DNA of 64,000 nt from Eledone cirrhosa. Taxonomy: Eukaryota. This document shows positions 61,795-64,000 of the stretch, one piece after another (within the stretch, counting starts at the first letter, position 1; every line of letters starts with the position of its first letter). The notes below the pieces were generated by a model, which searched no databases, had not been told where the DNA came from, and worked only from the letters and a program-made list of their open reading frames with translations. Both the position numbers and the translations under genes were made by a program. The DNA is taken from the NCBI GenBank assembly GCA_964016885.1, contig OZ024754.1:21948001-22012000 (forward strand). Reading direction: 5' to 3'.

Positions 61795-64000
61795 AACGTT
61801 TAACGTCCGTGTTCCACGCTCGCATGGGTTTGGACGGGGGTAGTCCCACTTGAGGCAAGAGTGATTGTCTTGCTCGCATAGGACTGTCTGGCAGGTTTTC
61901 TACAGTTGGATGCCCTTCCTAACACCAACCACATTTACAGTGTGGGTCTGGGAGGTTTTTACCGTGTTGCCTACACGGCCACATTACAGCGTGGACTGTG
62001 TGTTTTTTTGTCGTGACACCTACACGATCTCATTTGTTTCGGCCTCGATGGCGCGGCACCAACATAACTTTACATAGAACGGGGTGGTGTGGATCGGGTG
62101 GGGGTGGGGGTGGTGGGACGGGGTGTATTTTGTTAGAGATGCCTACTGGCTGGAGTAGGTTTTACTATATATTTAGGTAAGGCGGGTCTTCTCTGTTACT
62201 GAGTACCGCCAAAGGTCTCGGTCCAGTGACATTGTCTTGGAGAGGTGTAAGTGTGTGATGTCGGAGTTTATCAGCTCGTCCCAGGTTTTTCTAGGTCTGC
62301 CTATTCCGTGACTACCGTCTATCTTTATTGCCCTGCACTTTGTTATACAGCTATCGACTTTCATGCGCATCACGTGTCCATACCAACGTAGCCTTCTCTC
62401 GAGTAAACAACATCTGATCCCTCTTATCTCTAATTTATTCCTTAGTTCGTTTATGCTTTGCCGTTCACGTATATTACTGTTACACATCCAGCGGAGCATG
62501 CAAGCTTCGTTCCTCTCTAGTCTGCGTATATCCTCTGCACACAATGCCCAGGTCTCACTGCCATGCAGCATTGCTGTTCGTATGCAGGCATCGTACAACC
62601 TGCCTTTCATTTTTAGTGAGAACCCTTTAGCAGCTAATAGTGGTATAAGCTCTCTGAACTTTTTCCAACCAGTTCTGACTCTAGCTACAGTACTTTCAGA
62701 GCACCCTCCCCCACTGCTGATTTTATCGCCCAGGTAACGGAAGCTGTCCACTATTTCTATAGAACCCTCTGCGCAATTGAAAGAGCTAGTAGTTTGTGGG
62801 CACTTGCTGCTACTTATTGCACCAGAGCACCGGCCACATGTAAAATCTATGTTCTTAGTTAGCTTACCTGTGATCCCACTACATCTTTTATGCACCCATA
62901 CTTTGCATTTAGGACATAAAATGGAGTTTCTACCTACGCCTTTCCTACACACCGAGCACGACCATTTCCCCGAAGGGACCGCCGCCTTGTTTTCTTTCCT
63001 ACAAACTAGTACTTTGGTCTTAGCCAGGTTAATTTTAAGTCCTTTTGACTCTAGGCCGTGCTTCCATGTTTGGAATTTCTTCTCTAGCTCGGCCATTGAT
63101 TCCGCTATGAGTGTCAGGTCGTCTGCGTATAGGAGTTCCCATGGGCAGCCTGTCTTGAACTCCTCTGTTATAGCCTGAAGGGCAATAATAAATAGTAGTG
63201 GACTGAGAACAGAGCCCTGATGGACGCCGACTTTTACGCTAAACTCTTCACTATATTCGTTGTTAATTCTAACCTTGCTGACTGTTTCTTTATACATGGC
63301 TTGTATAGCCCTCACAAGCCATTCGTCAACGCCTAGTTTTCTAAGAGCCCACCAGATAATGGAGCGGGGGACTCTGTCGAAGGCTTTCTCCAAGTCGACA
63401 AAAGCTAAGTAGAGGGGTTTACCTTTAGCTAGGTACTTCTCCTGTAGTTGTCGTACTATGAAAAGAGCGTCTGTGGTACTTTTGCCTGACACAAACCCGA
63501 ACTGCATTTCATCTAGGTCAATTCTCTCTCTGATTAGTTGCGCTATTACTCTTTCCGTGACCTTCATGACCTGGTCGATTAATTTAATGCCTCTATAGTT
63601 ACTCCTATCTAGGGCGTCTCCTTTACCCTTATAACAGTTAACGATGATGCTGCTATGCCAGTCCTTCGGAACAACCCCGTTCTGTACGACTTGGTTAACT
63701 ATGCGGGTGACCATGGTGTGTCCCACCGTGCCAGATGCCTTCAGCATCTCAGCAACTATTTCCGAAGGCCCAGCCGCCTTACCAGTCTTCATATCCTTGA
63801 TTGCCTTACTTATTATACTCCCCTCGACTAACACTGCTGGTCCCTCTATTGGGTCGATATGGGGGAGACTGCCTTTCTCCCAATTATTCTCCTCATTTAG
63901 AAGCCTTTCATAGTGACACTTCCAAGCTACCTTCTTATCAGCGTCGGTGATGGCAAGTGTGCCATCGTCGTTTAGTACACACTTCTCCCCGACAATATCA
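61771..64000 (-). mobile_element. RTE-clade LINE, 3' portion; continues beyond window end
   Basis: Uninterrupted RT ORF, ~380-bp 3' UTR ending ggacgttaaacgtt(gat)n. Confidence 0.95.
62173..63999 (-). CDS. RTE LINE reverse transcriptase with PHD-type zinc finger (5'-partial, 608 aa visible)
   Basis: NYRGIKLI, FVDLEKAFDRV, GVHQGSVLSPLLF, LLYADDL (YADD 63118-63129), FRYLG, GRPRKTW; frame stays open upstream of the tracked start to the window edge (DIVGEKCVLNDDG...WKCHYERLLN). Confidence 0.95.
   Translation of the reverse strand, partial: DIVGEKCVLNDDGTLAITDADKKVAWKCHYERLLNEENNWEKGSLPHIDPIEGPAVLVEGSIISKAIKDMKTGKAAGPSEIVAEMLKASGTVGHTMVTRIVNQVVQNGVVPKDWHSSIIVNCYKGKGDALDRSNYRGIKLIDQVMKVTERVIAQLIRERIDLDEMQFGFVSGKSTTDALFIVRQLQEKYLAKGKPLYLAFVDLEKAFDRVPRSIIWWALRKLGVDEWLVRAIQAMYKETVSKVRINNEYSEEFSVKVGVHQGSVLSPLLFIIALQAITEEFKTGCPWELLYADDLTLIAESMAELEKKFQTWKHGLESKGLKINLAKTKVLVCRKENKAAVPSGKWSCSVCRKGVGRNSILCPKCKVWVHKRCSGITGKLTKNIDFTCGRCSGAISSSKCPQTTSSFNCAEGSIEIVDSFRYLGDKISSGGGCSESTVARVRTGWKKFRELIPLLAAKGFSLKMKGRLYDACIRTAMLHGSETWALCAEDIRRLERNEACMLRWMCNSNIRERQSINELRNKLEIRGIRCCLLERRLRWYGHVMRMKVDSCITKCRAIKIDGSHGIGRPRKTWDELINSDITHLHLSKTMSLDRDLWRYSVTEKTRLT

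Noticed and set aside
62363-63913. Plus-strand ORFs of 89-133 aa
   Set aside because: Antisense shadows of the RTE ORF.

Overview
Eukaryotic, AT- and microsatellite-rich animal DNA; the repeat families resemble those of an octopus-like cephalopod (inference). Bases 1 to ~44,417 are one uninterrupted satellite (26/28-bp monomer GTGGTAGATGGAGGTATGTTATATAT, roughly 1,650 copies by length, nested higher-order duplications). About 120 bp later the 3' part of a classical calpain gene begins on the + strand: 12 coding exons (44540-59482) splice in frame to 390 aa covering the end of CysPc, the CBSW/C2-like domain and the penta-EF-hand, with one U12-type intron. The catalytic-triad exons are not in the window, so the satellite most likely sits inside a calpain intron, and on that strand nearly every monomer carries a 5' splice-site-like AG|GTATGT. 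The introns hold a non-autonomous Helitron with an internal 39-bp array and a nested L1/Tx1-like insert, a decayed CRE-clade retrotransposon, an RTE-like LINE with a twin-priming-type inversion, and SINEs. Downstream are a 116-bp hairpin, two minimal hammerhead ribozyme motifs and an intact-ORF RTE LINE with a PHD finger. Most ORFs in the supplied track are repeat artefacts. All analysis was by eye; no searches were run.
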